From assembly GCA_963774955.1 (NCBI GenBank), contig CAVZGV010000003.1:192771-256770 (forward strand): a stretch of 64,000 bases of DNA, given 5' to 3'. Under the pieces are notes generated by a model. The model worked only from the letters and a program-made list of their open reading frames with translations. It had not been told where the DNA came from and made no database searches. The DNA is from Candidatus Falkowbacteria bacterium (GTDB taxonomy: Bacteria > Patescibacteriota > Patescibacteriia > CAIXNZ01). Within the stretch, counting starts at the first letter, position 1. The number at the start of each line of letters is the position of its first letter. The position numbers were made by a program, and so were the translations under genes. Positions 1 to 9,345 of the stretch are shown here, one piece after another.

Positions 1-2
1 AG

Positions 3-122
3 AGTTACAAAGCCAATAATAAATTAGGCACTGACCCTTGGGCTTTAGGGCAAATTAAGAGGGCAGGGCAAGTGGGTTTGGGTGTTAAGAGTGAAATGGA
101 TTATAAAATTATTGAGATTTAA
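3..122 (+). CDS. 3' end of a CDS truncated by the window start (possibly DUF362-like)
   Basis: Open frame SYKANNKLGTDPWALGQIKRAGQVGLGVKSEMDYKIIEI* followed by a hairpin/T-tract at 147-184. Confidence 0.45.
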   Translation, partial: SYKANNKLGTDPWALGQIKRAGQVGLGVKSEMDYKIIEI

Positions 123-198
123 TTTTATAAAATTAAACTTTACTTCCCGCTGATTAGTCCGGCACTCTAAGTCAGCGGTTTTTTAATTTTGGTGGTTA

Positions 199-227
199 TT
201 GACATTACCCAATAAATATGTTACAAT
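199..227 (+). promoter_or_regulatory. sigma70-type promoter
   Basis: TTGACA-17 nt-TACAAT with an extended -10 TG. Confidence 0.7.
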
Positions 228-294
228 GTAGTGATTCAGTTTTATGACAAATTTGTTGGAAAAATAAGTCAGAATTTAACGAAAGGAGCATGGT

Positions 295-642
295 ATGAAG
301 ATTTTCAGGATCGAGTGGGTCGGAGGTCATCAGGAGCTCGTCGGAGCAGCGGATGAAAAATCGGTTTTGAAAGAAGCCGGTGTCCGCGGTTCAGCTGTGG
401 CGATCATCGATGTTGTCAGGGAGATTCCATCCATGAGCATGACAGAGATGGCTGAAAAACTGAATTTGAAAGTGACCGAGACAGTGTTTTTCTTTCGCGG
501 CACTTTCGGCAAACCCAAGCTCGGCGAAGGCTTGTTCGAGGCTTGGGACGTGGATGCCAAGAACAACCGTGTACCCACGGATCAGGCCGACATGTTCATG
601 ACGCGAGTCAGGGAGCATTTGGCCCAGACCGCGACGGTTTGA
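295..642 (+). CDS. hypothetical protein
   Basis: 115-aa ORF, AAAGGAG SD, downstream of a consensus promoter. Confidence 0.7.
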   Translation: MKIFRIEWVGGHQELVGAADEKSVLKEAGVRGSAVAIIDVVREIPSMSMTEMAEKLNLKVTETVFFFRGTFGKPKLGEGLFEAWDVDAKNNRVPTDQADMFMTRVREHLAQTATV

Positions 643-656
643 ACAAGGAGCAAAGC

Positions 657-848
657 ATGAAACGTCAAGTTTCCAACAAAGTAATCAGGGTCCTTTTGCA
701 ACTGGGCTGGACTTGTCAAAAAATCGCCCAAGAGACGGGCGTTTCGGTTCACCGCATCGGTGGTGTTAAAAGCTGGCTCAACTATCGATTTCGGGTCGTT
801 CCCGGAGTCAGGGTGAGCATCACACCGATCAACCCCGTCCGGTTCTAA
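657..848 (+). CDS. small HTH-like protein
   Basis: AAGGAG SD before ATG 657; LLQLGWTCQKIAQETGVSVHRI resembles a helix-turn-helix. Confidence 0.55.
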   Translation: MKRQVSNKVIRVLLQLGWTCQKIAQETGVSVHRIGGVKSWLNYRFRVVPGVRVSITPINPVRF

Positions 849-870
849 CGAACAAATGTAACATTCTAAT

Positions 871-908
871 AACCGCCGAGGCGCAAGCCGACGCGGTTTT
901 TCTTTTTG
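871..908 (+). terminator. intrinsic terminator
   Basis: AACCGC...GCGGTT stem followed by a T-tract. Confidence 0.6.
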
Positions 909-973
909 AAAAAATTTGACTCTATGAGGTTGTTTTGTTAAATTAATATAAACTTTGTCTTTAAGGAGGGGAG

Positions 974-1213
974 ATGCAGAAAATTTATAGCCTCATAGGT
1001 AAGATTGTTTTTGGACTGACTGTCATCCTAGTAGTTCTTTCTGAAAATTATTGGCCAGGAAAAGTAAATCCTGATCTGGGTGTCTTGATTTTACTTGGTG
1101 GATTCAGTTTCTTTATTCTGGGTTTTGTTTTTGACGATCATGCTCGGGATAAGAAAATTAAGGCGGAAAAGGACAAGCGTCAGGCATGGATCAATAGTTT
1201 GTATGGCCGATGA
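974..1213 (+). CDS. small membrane protein (2 TM)
   Basis: AAGGAGG SD; two hydrophobic segments. Confidence 0.65.
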   Translation: MQKIYSLIGKIVFGLTVILVVLSENYWPGKVNPDLGVLILLGGFSFFILGFVFDDHARDKKIKAEKDKRQAWINSLYGR

Positions 1214-1241
1214 AATCAACCTCAGAAAAGGAGACAAAAAA

Positions 1242-1496
1242 ATGGCAAAGGACAGAGAAATAATCCTTCGTTTTACTGGTAATGCCAGGCAACGCCCGTT
1301 CAGCTTGAATGGCTGTGGCGAACAATTGCAGATTCTAGCCTGGGATCCTGAAACTGGTGAAGAGGTCATTGTCTTTACCGGCGCTGAATTTTTTCCCGAG
1401 GAATATGAAAAGAACGGTGGTCAGGCGCAAGAGGATTCCTTTTTTAAATCAAGGGCAAAAGGACCATCAAAGTGTAACTGTGACCGTTGCAAGTGA
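1242..1496 (+). CDS. hypothetical protein
   Basis: AAAGGAG SD before ATG 1242 (MAKDRE...); C-terminal CNCDRC. Confidence 0.6.
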   Translation: MAKDREIILRFTGNARQRPFSLNGCGEQLQILAWDPETGEEVIVFTGAEFFPEEYEKNGGQAQEDSFFKSRAKGPSKCNCDRCK

Positions 1497-1503
1497 AGCT
1501 AAC

Positions 1504-1530
1504 AGACGTCCGCAAGGGCGTCTTTTTTTT
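1504..1530 (+). terminator. intrinsic terminator
   Basis: AGACGTCC-GCAA-GGGCGTCT plus T-tract. Confidence 0.75.
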
Positions 1531-1703
1531 GTATTAAATTTCAGGAAAAATCCTTAAAATTAGTGATATTTTAGGTTTATCTATTGACATTTTAATTAAA
1601 ATATGTTATTATAATATATCTAATGAAAGGAGGTTTAAAAAGGTAAGAGTAGCGATGTTCATTAACGTTTAAACCGAAATAATGCGAAAGGAGGTAAGGA
1701 GGA

Positions 1704-2078
1704 ATGTCCGTTAATCTAGAACTCTTCGTCTTGCAGCCTGCAGATTTGCGACGCAGTAAAATTTATACTGTGCCACGAACAAAGCTGTTCGTCCCGCAAG
1801 ACTATGACGTCTTGCATCAGGTTGGTGGCTGTGAAGGCTATTTCCAGAACTATCCAGCTCCTGTTGTAAAAGTTCGGAAACTCCCGGTCACCATGGAAGT
1901 TGAAGTAGAGGGCAAAGATTACCTATTGGATCGGTTTGATTGCCCTTTAAAGGTAAGCTTTGCTGGAGAATTCAAAAAAGTGAAGCTTCCTGAAAGAATA
2001 TGCCAAGAGATAAAGGCAATTTTTGCCTATCTCGCGATTTTGGATCCACAGACCCCGATACTTGTCTGGTGGCGTTAA
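1704..2078 (+). CDS. hypothetical protein
   Basis: Strong SD (AAGGAGG); promoter TTGACA at 1584; terminator at 2130-2164. Confidence 0.7.
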   Translation: MSVNLELFVLQPADLRRSKIYTVPRTKLFVPQDYDVLHQVGGCEGYFQNYPAPVVKVRKLPVTMEVEVEGKDYLLDRFDCPLKVSFAGEFKKVKLPERICQEIKAIFAYLAILDPQTPILVWWR

Positions 2079-2198
2079 TTTAAAAACTCAAAACAAGGAG
2101 GTTCAAGATGAATAAGATTCCTAAATAAAAGCCTAGTACGAATGTGCTAGGCTGTTTTTTTTTTGCTTAAATTGGAAAAAAAAGATAAAATAATATAT

Positions 2199-3269
2199 AT
2201 GTCAAATAAAAAAATAAAAGTTGCCATCGGTATGTCCGGCGGGGTGGATTCTTCGGTTGCCGCTGCCTTATTAAAAGACCAGGGCTATGAAGTCATTGGT
2301 ATTTTTATGCATTTTTGGACTGACCCTCATTATGCTCAGACTCAGACTATTGCCAATAAATGCTGTTCAGTTGACGCTAAAGTCGATGCCCGTCTCGTGG
2401 CGGAAAAATTGGATATTCCTTTGTATACAATTAATATGGATCAAAATTTCAAGGAATACATTGTGAACAATTTTTTGGATCAGTATAAACAGGGGTTGAC
2501 TCCCAATCCTTGCGTGCGTTGCAACCAATTTATAAAATTCGGTTTATTCTGGCAGAAAGCTCAAGCTTTAGGTTGTGATTTTATTGCCACAGGTCATTAT
2601 GTCAGGTTAAAAGACGGTCATTTGCTGGAAGCCAAAGACACAGATAAGGATCAAACTTATTTTTTGCATCGCTTAACCCCGGAAATTTTAAAACATTGTT
2701 TATTTCCCATTGGCGAATATAAAAAGGATGAAGTCAGGAAAATGGCTGAGAAATTGGATTTGCCGGTATTTGCGAAGCGCGATTCTCAGGAGATCTGTTT
2801 TGTCCCTGAAAAAACGCCTGAAGAATTTTTAAAAAGGTATTTAAAACTTAAGCCAGGTCCGATTGTGACGACTGAAGGTGAAATTATTGGTCAGCATGAG
2901 GGTATTGCCCTGTATACGATCGGTCAGCGCAAGGGCTTGGAATTGTCAGGCGGGCCCTGGTACGTGGTTAATCTGGATTATAAGCATAATCTGGTAATTG
3001 TCGCTGATAATAATGAACACCCGGCCTTATTTAATGATATAATGTATGTTAATGATGTTAATTGGCTGAGGAAAGTTAACTTGCCGGCCAAACTGGAGGT
3101 GCGGATACGTTATAAGCATAAAGGTTCTCTGGCAATTATAAAGGAATCGGGGAAAGATATGCTGGAAGTTAAATTTGATAATAAACAAAGAGCAATTAGT
3201 CCCGGTCAAAGCGCAGTCTTCTATGACCAAGGTGAGGTTCTGGGCGGGGGAATTATAACTAAAATTTAA
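2199..3269 (+). CDS. mnmA: tRNA-specific 2-thiouridylase
   Basis: MSGGVDSS, TPNPCVRCN, ATGHY, KDQTYFL, DSQEICF, PGQSAVFY motifs. Confidence 0.97.
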   Translation: MSNKKIKVAIGMSGGVDSSVAAALLKDQGYEVIGIFMHFWTDPHYAQTQTIANKCCSVDAKVDARLVAEKLDIPLYTINMDQNFKEYIVNNFLDQYKQGLTPNPCVRCNQFIKFGLFWQKAQALGCDFIATGHYVRLKDGHLLEAKDTDKDQTYFLHRLTPEILKHCLFPIGEYKKDEVRKMAEKLDLPVFAKRDSQEICFVPEKTPEEFLKRYLKLKPGPIVTTEGEIIGQHEGIALYTIGQRKGLELSGGPWYVVNLDYKHNLVIVADNNEHPALFNDIMYVNDVNWLRKVNLPAKLEVRIRYKHKGSLAIIKESGKDMLEVKFDNKQRAISPGQSAVFYDQGEVLGGGIITKI

Positions 3270-3283
3270 ATATATTGATTACT

Positions 3284-4453
3284 ATGAAAAGATTTCTTGT
3301 CTTACGTTATAAAATTTGGGGGCTTTTAGTTGCCGGTTTTATCCTGGCAGTCAGCGTGGCTCAGTTTGCCTATGTCCAATCTACTTTTTTAAACGGTTTT
3401 TTTAATATTGAAACAGTCAGTTTGATTTTTTTCTTGGCCTTTTTGATCGATTTTATTGTAATTAATTTCTATCCCAATCTAATCGCTAAATTTAATAATA
3501 CTAACTGCGCTTTGTTTGTTCTGTTTTTGGAAATTATTAGTTTGCTGATTTTTATTTTTTTACCCGTGAAATTCTGGGTGTTTGTGGGCTTTATAGTTTT
3601 TGTTGTCTCACGCAATCTGATTTATATAAATTTCGACATATTTTTAAAGGCGCAGAGTAAGGACGAAGACACCGGGGAAATCAGGGGAATTTATATGACC
3701 ATAATGAATTTGGGCTGGGTTTTATCCCCGTTTCTTTCGGGGTTGATCATTGAAAATTATGGGTTTAACTGGCTTTTTGGGTTTATTATATTTTTAATAC
3801 TGCCGATCATCTACATTATTTTGCTTAAATATAATAAATTTAAAAATCATTATCAGGGGCAGCATTTTCATTTTTTTGCCACAATTAAAGAATTGATGAA
3901 GCATCCGAATATAAAAAAAATATTTTACGTTTCATTTTTATTGCAGTTTTTTTATGCAGTTATGATTATTTATACGCCGATTTACCTCAATCAGACTGTC
4001 GGCCTGCCTTGGGATAAAATCGGTATTATTTTTACCATTATGCTTTTGCCTTTTATTTTCATTGAATACCCGGCCGGTTATTTGGCTGATAAATACTGGG
4101 GAGAAAAAGAAATGTTAACCGGTGGTATCATCATAATTGCTTTGTCATTAATCTTGATTTTTTATGTAAATACTTCAAGTGTCTTGCTGTGGGCTTTGCT
4201 TTTATTTCTAACCAGAGTTGGCGCCAGTTTGGTGGAAATAATGTGTGATACTTATTTTTTCAAAAAGGTGGATAGGGACGACATCACCTTTATCAATGCT
4301 TATCGTTCAACTCAGCCCTTGTCTTATATTTTTGCTCCTGCGATTTTTGCCGGCGTTTTATTGTTTTTTTCAATTCACTATGTTTTTCTTTTTTTGGCTG
4401 CGATTATGCTGACCGGTTTATATTTTACTTTGACACTAAAGGATACGAAATAA
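3284..4453 (+). CDS. MFS transporter
   Basis: About 12 hydrophobic segments; GYLADKYWGEK MFS loop motif. Confidence 0.85.
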   Translation: MKRFLVLRYKIWGLLVAGFILAVSVAQFAYVQSTFLNGFFNIETVSLIFFLAFLIDFIVINFYPNLIAKFNNTNCALFVLFLEIISLLIFIFLPVKFWVFVGFIVFVVSRNLIYINFDIFLKAQSKDEDTGEIRGIYMTIMNLGWVLSPFLSGLIIENYGFNWLFGFIIFLILPIIYIILLKYNKFKNHYQGQHFHFFATIKELMKHPNIKKIFYVSFLLQFFYAVMIIYTPIYLNQTVGLPWDKIGIIFTIMLLPFIFIEYPAGYLADKYWGEKEMLTGGIIIIALSLILIFYVNTSSVLLWALLLFLTRVGASLVEIMCDTYFFKKVDRDDITFINAYRSTQPLSYIFAPAIFAGVLLFFSIHYVFLFLAAIMLTGLYFTLTLKDTK

Positions 4454-4480
4454 GTAAATGATAATTGGAAAATTTTATAT

Positions 4481-4509
4481 AAAAAGCCCCTCGCGTTACG
4501 AGGGGCTTT
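4481..4509. terminator. bidirectional terminator between convergent genes
   Basis: AAAAGCCCCTCG-CGTTA-CGAGGGGCTTT. Confidence 0.7.
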
Positions 4510-4515
4510 GGGTTT

Positions 4516-5778
4516 TTAGGCTAGCAAGTGAAAATACCTAGCCAGTGCCAGGACGGCCCGGGGGCCGTCATTCGCGGCTACCTGGGTGTGGATTTTATTG
4601 CCGGATGAATACTGGCCCTCGATGTTGATACCGGCTTCGGCTAAAATCTTGGCGATGAGATGAGCAAAACCGGGCTTGGTGCCCATGGATGAATCAATGA
4701 AAGTCAAGTTGTGCAAATCGGGTTGTAGTTTGATCTGAAGCCGCGGATCAAGTTTTCTGATATTGTCCATCAGCAATTCCGATTCGTCCAGAGAGTCTTC
4801 GATAATGAGCGCATTGGCCAAAGCCTGATCACGGTTGGCCCCAAAGATGATTTGTTGGAAATCCACCAGGTTGACCCGGTTAAATTGTCCGAAAAGTTTG
4901 GCTGCCCAGCCGATTTCGTTGGGAATGTTTTCGATGGTGCACAGGGCAATTTTCTTTTTGAGGGCAATGGCCTGGAACAGGTAATCAGTGTCTTCGATTT
5001 TGTCCAGGCAGTGTCCGATAGTGGTGCTGGCATCCCAGGGATCATTGCCGAGTCCGGGCGAGGCTTTGAATTCCAGCGGTACGCCAAAGCGTTGGGCAAT
5101 TTCCAGACAGCGCGGATGCAAAAACATATAGCCGTAAGTGCTGAGGTTAAATGCATCCTGATAAGTCATGAAATCGAGCACCTTGACGTTGTCACTGATC
5201 TCAGGGTCAAAAGCGGTAATGCCCTTGGCTTTTTTGTAAAATTCGCATTTACAGTTAAGGACTGCAGCCAGAGCTACGGCCGTAGTATCACTGCCACCGC
5301 GTCCCAGCGTCACAATGACATCGGCTTCTGATTCATGAACACCCTGAAAGCCGGTGACCACTAGAACATCATTGACGGCAAATTCTTTTTCGACTACCGT
5401 CCGGTCAATTTTGGTAATGCGGGCGTTTTGAAAATCACCGGCCGTGCAGATATTAAGCTGCAGGGCGTTGAGTGATTTGGCTGCTACTCCGATTTCATTA
5501 AGTCGCAGCGCCATTAATCCAGCAGAAATACCTTCGCCGGCCTGAGTTACAAAATCAACTTCCCGGCCCTGTTTTTTTTGAGTGCTGGGCGCCAGTTCTC
5601 TGATTTGTCGCAGCGAGTCATCAGTAAAACTGCCCATGGCTGAAACCACGACAATGATTTTGCAGTCAGGATATTTGGCTAGATACTCTTTGAGGTAATC
5701 AGCGACCGCCTTGATCAGATTTAGATTGGCCAGGCATTTGCCGCCAAACTTCATAACAATCCGTTTGTCCCTGTCCAT
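4516..5778 (-). CDS. lysC: aspartate kinase family protein with C-terminal ACT domains (divergent motifs)
   Basis: VMKFGG, VVVSAMG, TGFQG, TLGRGGSDTTAVALA; SD AAGGAGG before ATG 5778. Confidence 0.85.
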   Translation of the reverse strand: MDRDKRIVMKFGGKCLANLNLIKAVADYLKEYLAKYPDCKIIVVVSAMGSFTDDSLRQIRELAPSTQKKQGREVDFVTQAGEGISAGLMALRLNEIGVAAKSLNALQLNICTAGDFQNARITKIDRTVVEKEFAVNDVLVVTGFQGVHESEADVIVTLGRGGSDTTAVALAAVLNCKCEFYKKAKGITAFDPEISDNVKVLDFMTYQDAFNLSTYGYMFLHPRCLEIAQRFGVPLEFKASPGLGNDPWDASTTIGHCLDKIEDTDYLFQAIALKKKIALCTIENIPNEIGWAAKLFGQFNRVNLVDFQQIIFGANRDQALANALIIEDSLDESELLMDNIRKLDPRLQIKLQPDLHNLTFIDSSMGTKPGFAHLIAKILAEAGINIEGQYSSGNKIHTQVAANDGPRAVLALARYFHLLA

Positions 5779-5897
5779 GTCATCCTCCTTGAAAGGTAAT
5801 TTGTGTAAGAACATTACTCCGATTTATAAATTTAGTCTATAATTATGGTCTTGTCAAATTAAAAAGCCGTTCCGCGACGCGGAACGGCTTGTTTTAA

Positions 5898-6863
5898 TTA
5901 CAGGCCTTTTAAGCCGAATTCAAAGCCGTCAAAAAGATAGAAGTCTTTGACATCGGCATCGAAACTGGGGATGCTGATCATACTGCCAAATGGGGTGATG
6001 TTTTCTTGTGAAGATTCCAGCTCAAGTATTTGGGGCTTTGTCTCTTGGTGTTTCAGAGCTTTTATCAGTTCGGCAATGACGGAAAAAGGCTTGAGTAGGG
6101 GATTAAGCATCAGATATTCCTGATTAAAGTCATCGCAGCCTTCAATCAGTAGGCCGTTGTCAACCAGAAGTTTTACTGCCTGCATGAAGGGTCGATACTT
6201 AATGCCTTGGCGGTGCAGGATGGTCAGCAAATAACCGCGGCCAAAGCGGGAAGTTACATAGACAACACTGCGGGCACCGGGGAAATTTTTTGTGAAATAG
6301 ACAATCTCTTCATCAGACATCGTCCGGATCAGAGACATGTGCAATAATATTTCCCGTGCCACATCATTGCTGATGTAGTTGAGTAGTTTTTGTTCCAGTG
6401 TTTCCCGCAGGGTCAGACAGCTTTGTTCAATCTGTTGCTGGTTGAAAAATAGCAGATTGATTTCATATTGCGGATTTTTAGGGTCTTGTTTTATTCCTGG
6501 TTTTGGGACCAGGATTTTCAGCTTCAGAAAATCCCTGATGACTGCGGACAAGATGTCCCGCTCCAACGGTAATTCCACGCTTAGCAGATAATTCCTGAAT
6601 TTGGTGTAAATGTCCAGCCAGGAAATAACCGGATAGGGACTGTTGATTTGCAGTTCATCATCAAGTTTCAAGTCGCCAAAGGCCAGTTTGATTTTTCCGA
6701 CAAAACATTGAAGACTTTCAGGCTGGATAATCAGGCTGTTTGGCTCGCCATCTTTTTGCTGTTGCTGTCTGATGGCCTGGAACTGAATGATTGCCTGGGT
6801 TAAAAAACCCATAAAAATTTCGGCGTACTTCTGCGCCAGACTGCCAACCTTTTTTTCGGTCAT
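5898..6863 (-). CDS. hypothetical protein
   Basis: 321-aa ORF with SD, promoter (TTGACA 6954-6949, TAAACT) and terminator 5861-5890. Confidence 0.7.
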   Translation of the reverse strand: MTEKKVGSLAQKYAEIFMGFLTQAIIQFQAIRQQQQKDGEPNSLIIQPESLQCFVGKIKLAFGDLKLDDELQINSPYPVISWLDIYTKFRNYLLSVELPLERDILSAVIRDFLKLKILVPKPGIKQDPKNPQYEINLLFFNQQQIEQSCLTLRETLEQKLLNYISNDVAREILLHMSLIRTMSDEEIVYFTKNFPGARSVVYVTSRFGRGYLLTILHRQGIKYRPFMQAVKLLVDNGLLIEGCDDFNQEYLMLNPLLKPFSVIAELIKALKHQETKPQILELESSQENITPFGSMISIPSFDADVKDFYLFDGFEFGLKGL

Positions 6864-7000
6864 TGCTTACCCCTCCTTGAGCTTCTTAAATTACAGTTAT
6901 TAAGGTACTTTGTTTGAGATTTTAAAGTTTAAGCGGAAAATGGTTATTTGTCAATAGGGTAATAAAAAATAGCCCGAGGAACGGGCTGTTTTTTAAGATT

Positions 7001-7405
7001 TTATTTAATCACCCAATGGGGCAGAATGTTTAATTGAAAATTGAGGTTCAGAATATCAAAATAACTTAGCAATACAATAATGAGAGTATAAAAGATGGAA
7101 ATTATTACTTGTTTGGTTATAGAATCTTTTTTGCCACTGGTGCCGGTTAAACTATAATGAATCATCAAAAAGCCGACTAAATTAGTTATAAAATAACCGA
7201 TGATAAAAAGGCTGACGAAAAGCCATCTCGGTACACCTATAAATAAGTCAATGAATTTTCCGGTCAGCCAGGCAAAACCATAAGCCAGAGGGACATTTAT
7301 AATAATATCATTCCACCAGGACAGAGGAGATAAAATAAAACCAACAAAGGCTAGAGTCCCGCGTTTTATCCACTCAGTTGAAGGTAGTTTTTGCCAAAAA
7401 TTCAT
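7001..7405 (-). CDS. membrane protein
   Basis: LSPLSWWNDIIINVPLAYGFAW motif, several TM segments. Confidence 0.75.
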   Translation of the reverse strand: MNFWQKLPSTEWIKRGTLAFVGFILSPLSWWNDIIINVPLAYGFAWLTGKFIDLFIGVPRWLFVSLFIIGYFITNLVGFLMIHYSLTGTSGKKDSITKQVIISIFYTLIIVLLSYFDILNLNFQLNILPHWVIK

Positions 7406-7431
7406 ATAATTTATTATATCATAAAATTAAT

Positions 7432-7460
7432 TTTCCTACGCTAAAGCTATGGAGAATAAA
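7432..7460. repeat. short palindromic REP-like element
   Basis: TCCTACGC-TAAA-GCTATGGAGAATAAA, similar to elements at 14961, 47904 and 50585. Confidence 0.55.
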
Positions 7461-7515
7461 AAAAAAGGCTTAGCACTAGATTTTTCATCTTAGCGCTAAG
7501 CCTTTGTTTGGTCAA

Positions 7516-8493
7516 TTATTCGTTGGCATTATCCACGTCATCGCTGATGATGGTAAACCTGGTTTTTTTTGCCTGGTGAAGTCGTTTGTCTGCCCGGTTA
7601 ATCGCCTGTTCCAGCGATTCACCATCTCTGACTCTGGTAACTCCGGCAGAAAAGCTGAACCCGGATTCGTGGTGGCCTTCAACATCGACTTTGAGTTCAG
7701 TCATCAGGTCCTGAATCCGCCGCAGCCTTTTGACCATGATGTCCTTGTCTTGTTCCCAGAGGATGATGAATTCATCGCCTTCATGCCAGCGGCCAATGAT
7801 GTCCGAAGGTCTCATGTTCTGCAGAAATGCTTTGGCAATGGCTTTGAGGCAGGCAGTGCCAAAGGAATGACCGTGTTGGGTATTGATGTCTTTGAAATGG
7901 TCAATGTCCAGCACGGCAATGGATAGCGGTCCGGGTGAAACTTTGCGTCTCAGCTCGATTTCTTTGGCTTTCCAGTAAATGCCCCGCGCGTTGAGAATAT
8001 TCAGGGTGGGGTCAACAAAGCGGAACTGCTCCACAAAGTTACGTTGTTTGAAAATCTCTTCCATGATCATTTTGATGTGGAAGAGGATTTGGCGCTGTTC
8101 AGGATCGAATTCTCTGGCAGCTGAGGTGTCGTCAATGGCCAAAATCGCCATCACTTCGTTATTCTGATCACGAATGGCAATGTAGGCATCCCAGCCGACT
8201 GATTCAGTCGGGGTGTAGCAGATAAAGCTATGGCTGAAATCGAAGTTCAGCTCATAGGCTTCGTCAAGGACATCGCCTTCTTTGGCGCCGTAAATACCGC
8301 AGAGAACATACTTGGGATTTTCTCCGCTTTTCAAAACCTGGAAAATGCCGATCCGGTCAGCCTTGAAGTGCATGGAAATCTGCCCCAGAAGCACCTGCAT
8401 CAGGTTATGGAAGCTTTCATTCAGGCTGCTTAAAACGGCATACATGAGTTTGTAGTGCAGCTTGATGGCTTCAGTAGTCATCACATTGTCCAT
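7516..8493 (-). CDS. GAF-like plus GGDEF-domain protein (signature EGDEF)
   Basis: DPTLNILNARG, LDIDHFKDINTQHGH, GRWHEGDEF, FSAGV, RADKRLHQAK. Confidence 0.85.
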   Translation of the reverse strand: MDNVMTTEAIKLHYKLMYAVLSSLNESFHNLMQVLLGQISMHFKADRIGIFQVLKSGENPKYVLCGIYGAKEGDVLDEAYELNFDFSHSFICYTPTESVGWDAYIAIRDQNNEVMAILAIDDTSAAREFDPEQRQILFHIKMIMEEIFKQRNFVEQFRFVDPTLNILNARGIYWKAKEIELRRKVSPGPLSIAVLDIDHFKDINTQHGHSFGTACLKAIAKAFLQNMRPSDIIGRWHEGDEFIILWEQDKDIMVKRLRRIQDLMTELKVDVEGHHESGFSFSAGVTRVRDGESLEQAINRADKRLHQAKKTRFTIISDDVDNANE

Positions 8494-8639
8494 GATTTTC
8501 CTCCCATTTGGAATAATTGTTACCAATTGACAAAGAACAAATAATCACCTTACTTTATCATAAAATTTAAATTTTGTCAAGCTGGTCGTCAAAATAAAAA
8601 AGCCCTGAAATTTATCATTTAAGATTAGATAAATCAGGG

Positions 8640-9239
8640 CTAAAAGAAAATAGTTCTCAGGCACAGCAGGATTATGCCAATTGCCATGGCTGTGAGAATT
8701 AGTTTTTTATAACGGCTGGTGCTGAGTTTTTGCGCCAGATGATCAGCAATAAAAAACATGATTAGACAGCCGGCGAGATTGCCCAGCATCAGGAAGAAGT
8801 AGTAAAAGCGATGTTCAATATTGAGCAAGAAGGTCAGATTGATGGTGACATCATCAGCCATATTGCTCAAATAAATGACGCAGGCCAGCCAAAAGTATTG
8901 GGTGCCGGACATTGAAGTCTCTTTAACTTTTTCCGGTTGGCTAGAAGTGAAATTGCGGTAAATTATGCGCAAGGCATAGCCAATCGGTATGATCAGCAGA
9001 AACTGCAGATAATGACGGAAGTTTTCAATGTTTTGCAGCAGCCAGTTTTTAATCAGGTAATCAGTGACGAAAACCAGGCAAAACATGAGCATAACGCCAA
9101 ATAAAGTCCCCAGATAAACAAGTTGGCGTTGCTTCTTGCTTTGGCCGTGGATCAGGGTGAAGACCACCATCAGATCATCAAGGCCGGTAAAAATAAAAAT
9201 GAAAATGCCACTGACAAAAACAATTGCTGTTTCTAACAA
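8640..9239 (-). CDS. CadD/LysE-superfamily membrane transporter
   Basis: Paired FTGLDD / NMADD motifs, about 6 TM; TTG 9239 fits SD spacing (GTG 9248 is an alternative start). Confidence 0.6.
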   Translation of the reverse strand: MLETAIVFVSGIFIFIFTGLDDLMVVFTLIHGQSKKQRQLVYLGTLFGVMLMFCLVFVTDYLIKNWLLQNIENFRHYLQFLLIIPIGYALRIIYRNFTSSQPEKVKETSMSGTQYFWLACVIYLSNMADDVTINLTFLLNIEHRFYYFFLMLGNLAGCLIMFFIADHLAQKLSTSRYKKLILTAMAIGIILLCLRTIFF

Positions 9240-9345
9240 TGGTCTCACCTCCTTGTTAAAGTACGATTTTAAAGTATATCATGAATTACATAATTTGTCA
9301 ATAATGTAACTTGCCAAGATTAGTTATTTTTTATATGATATTTAT

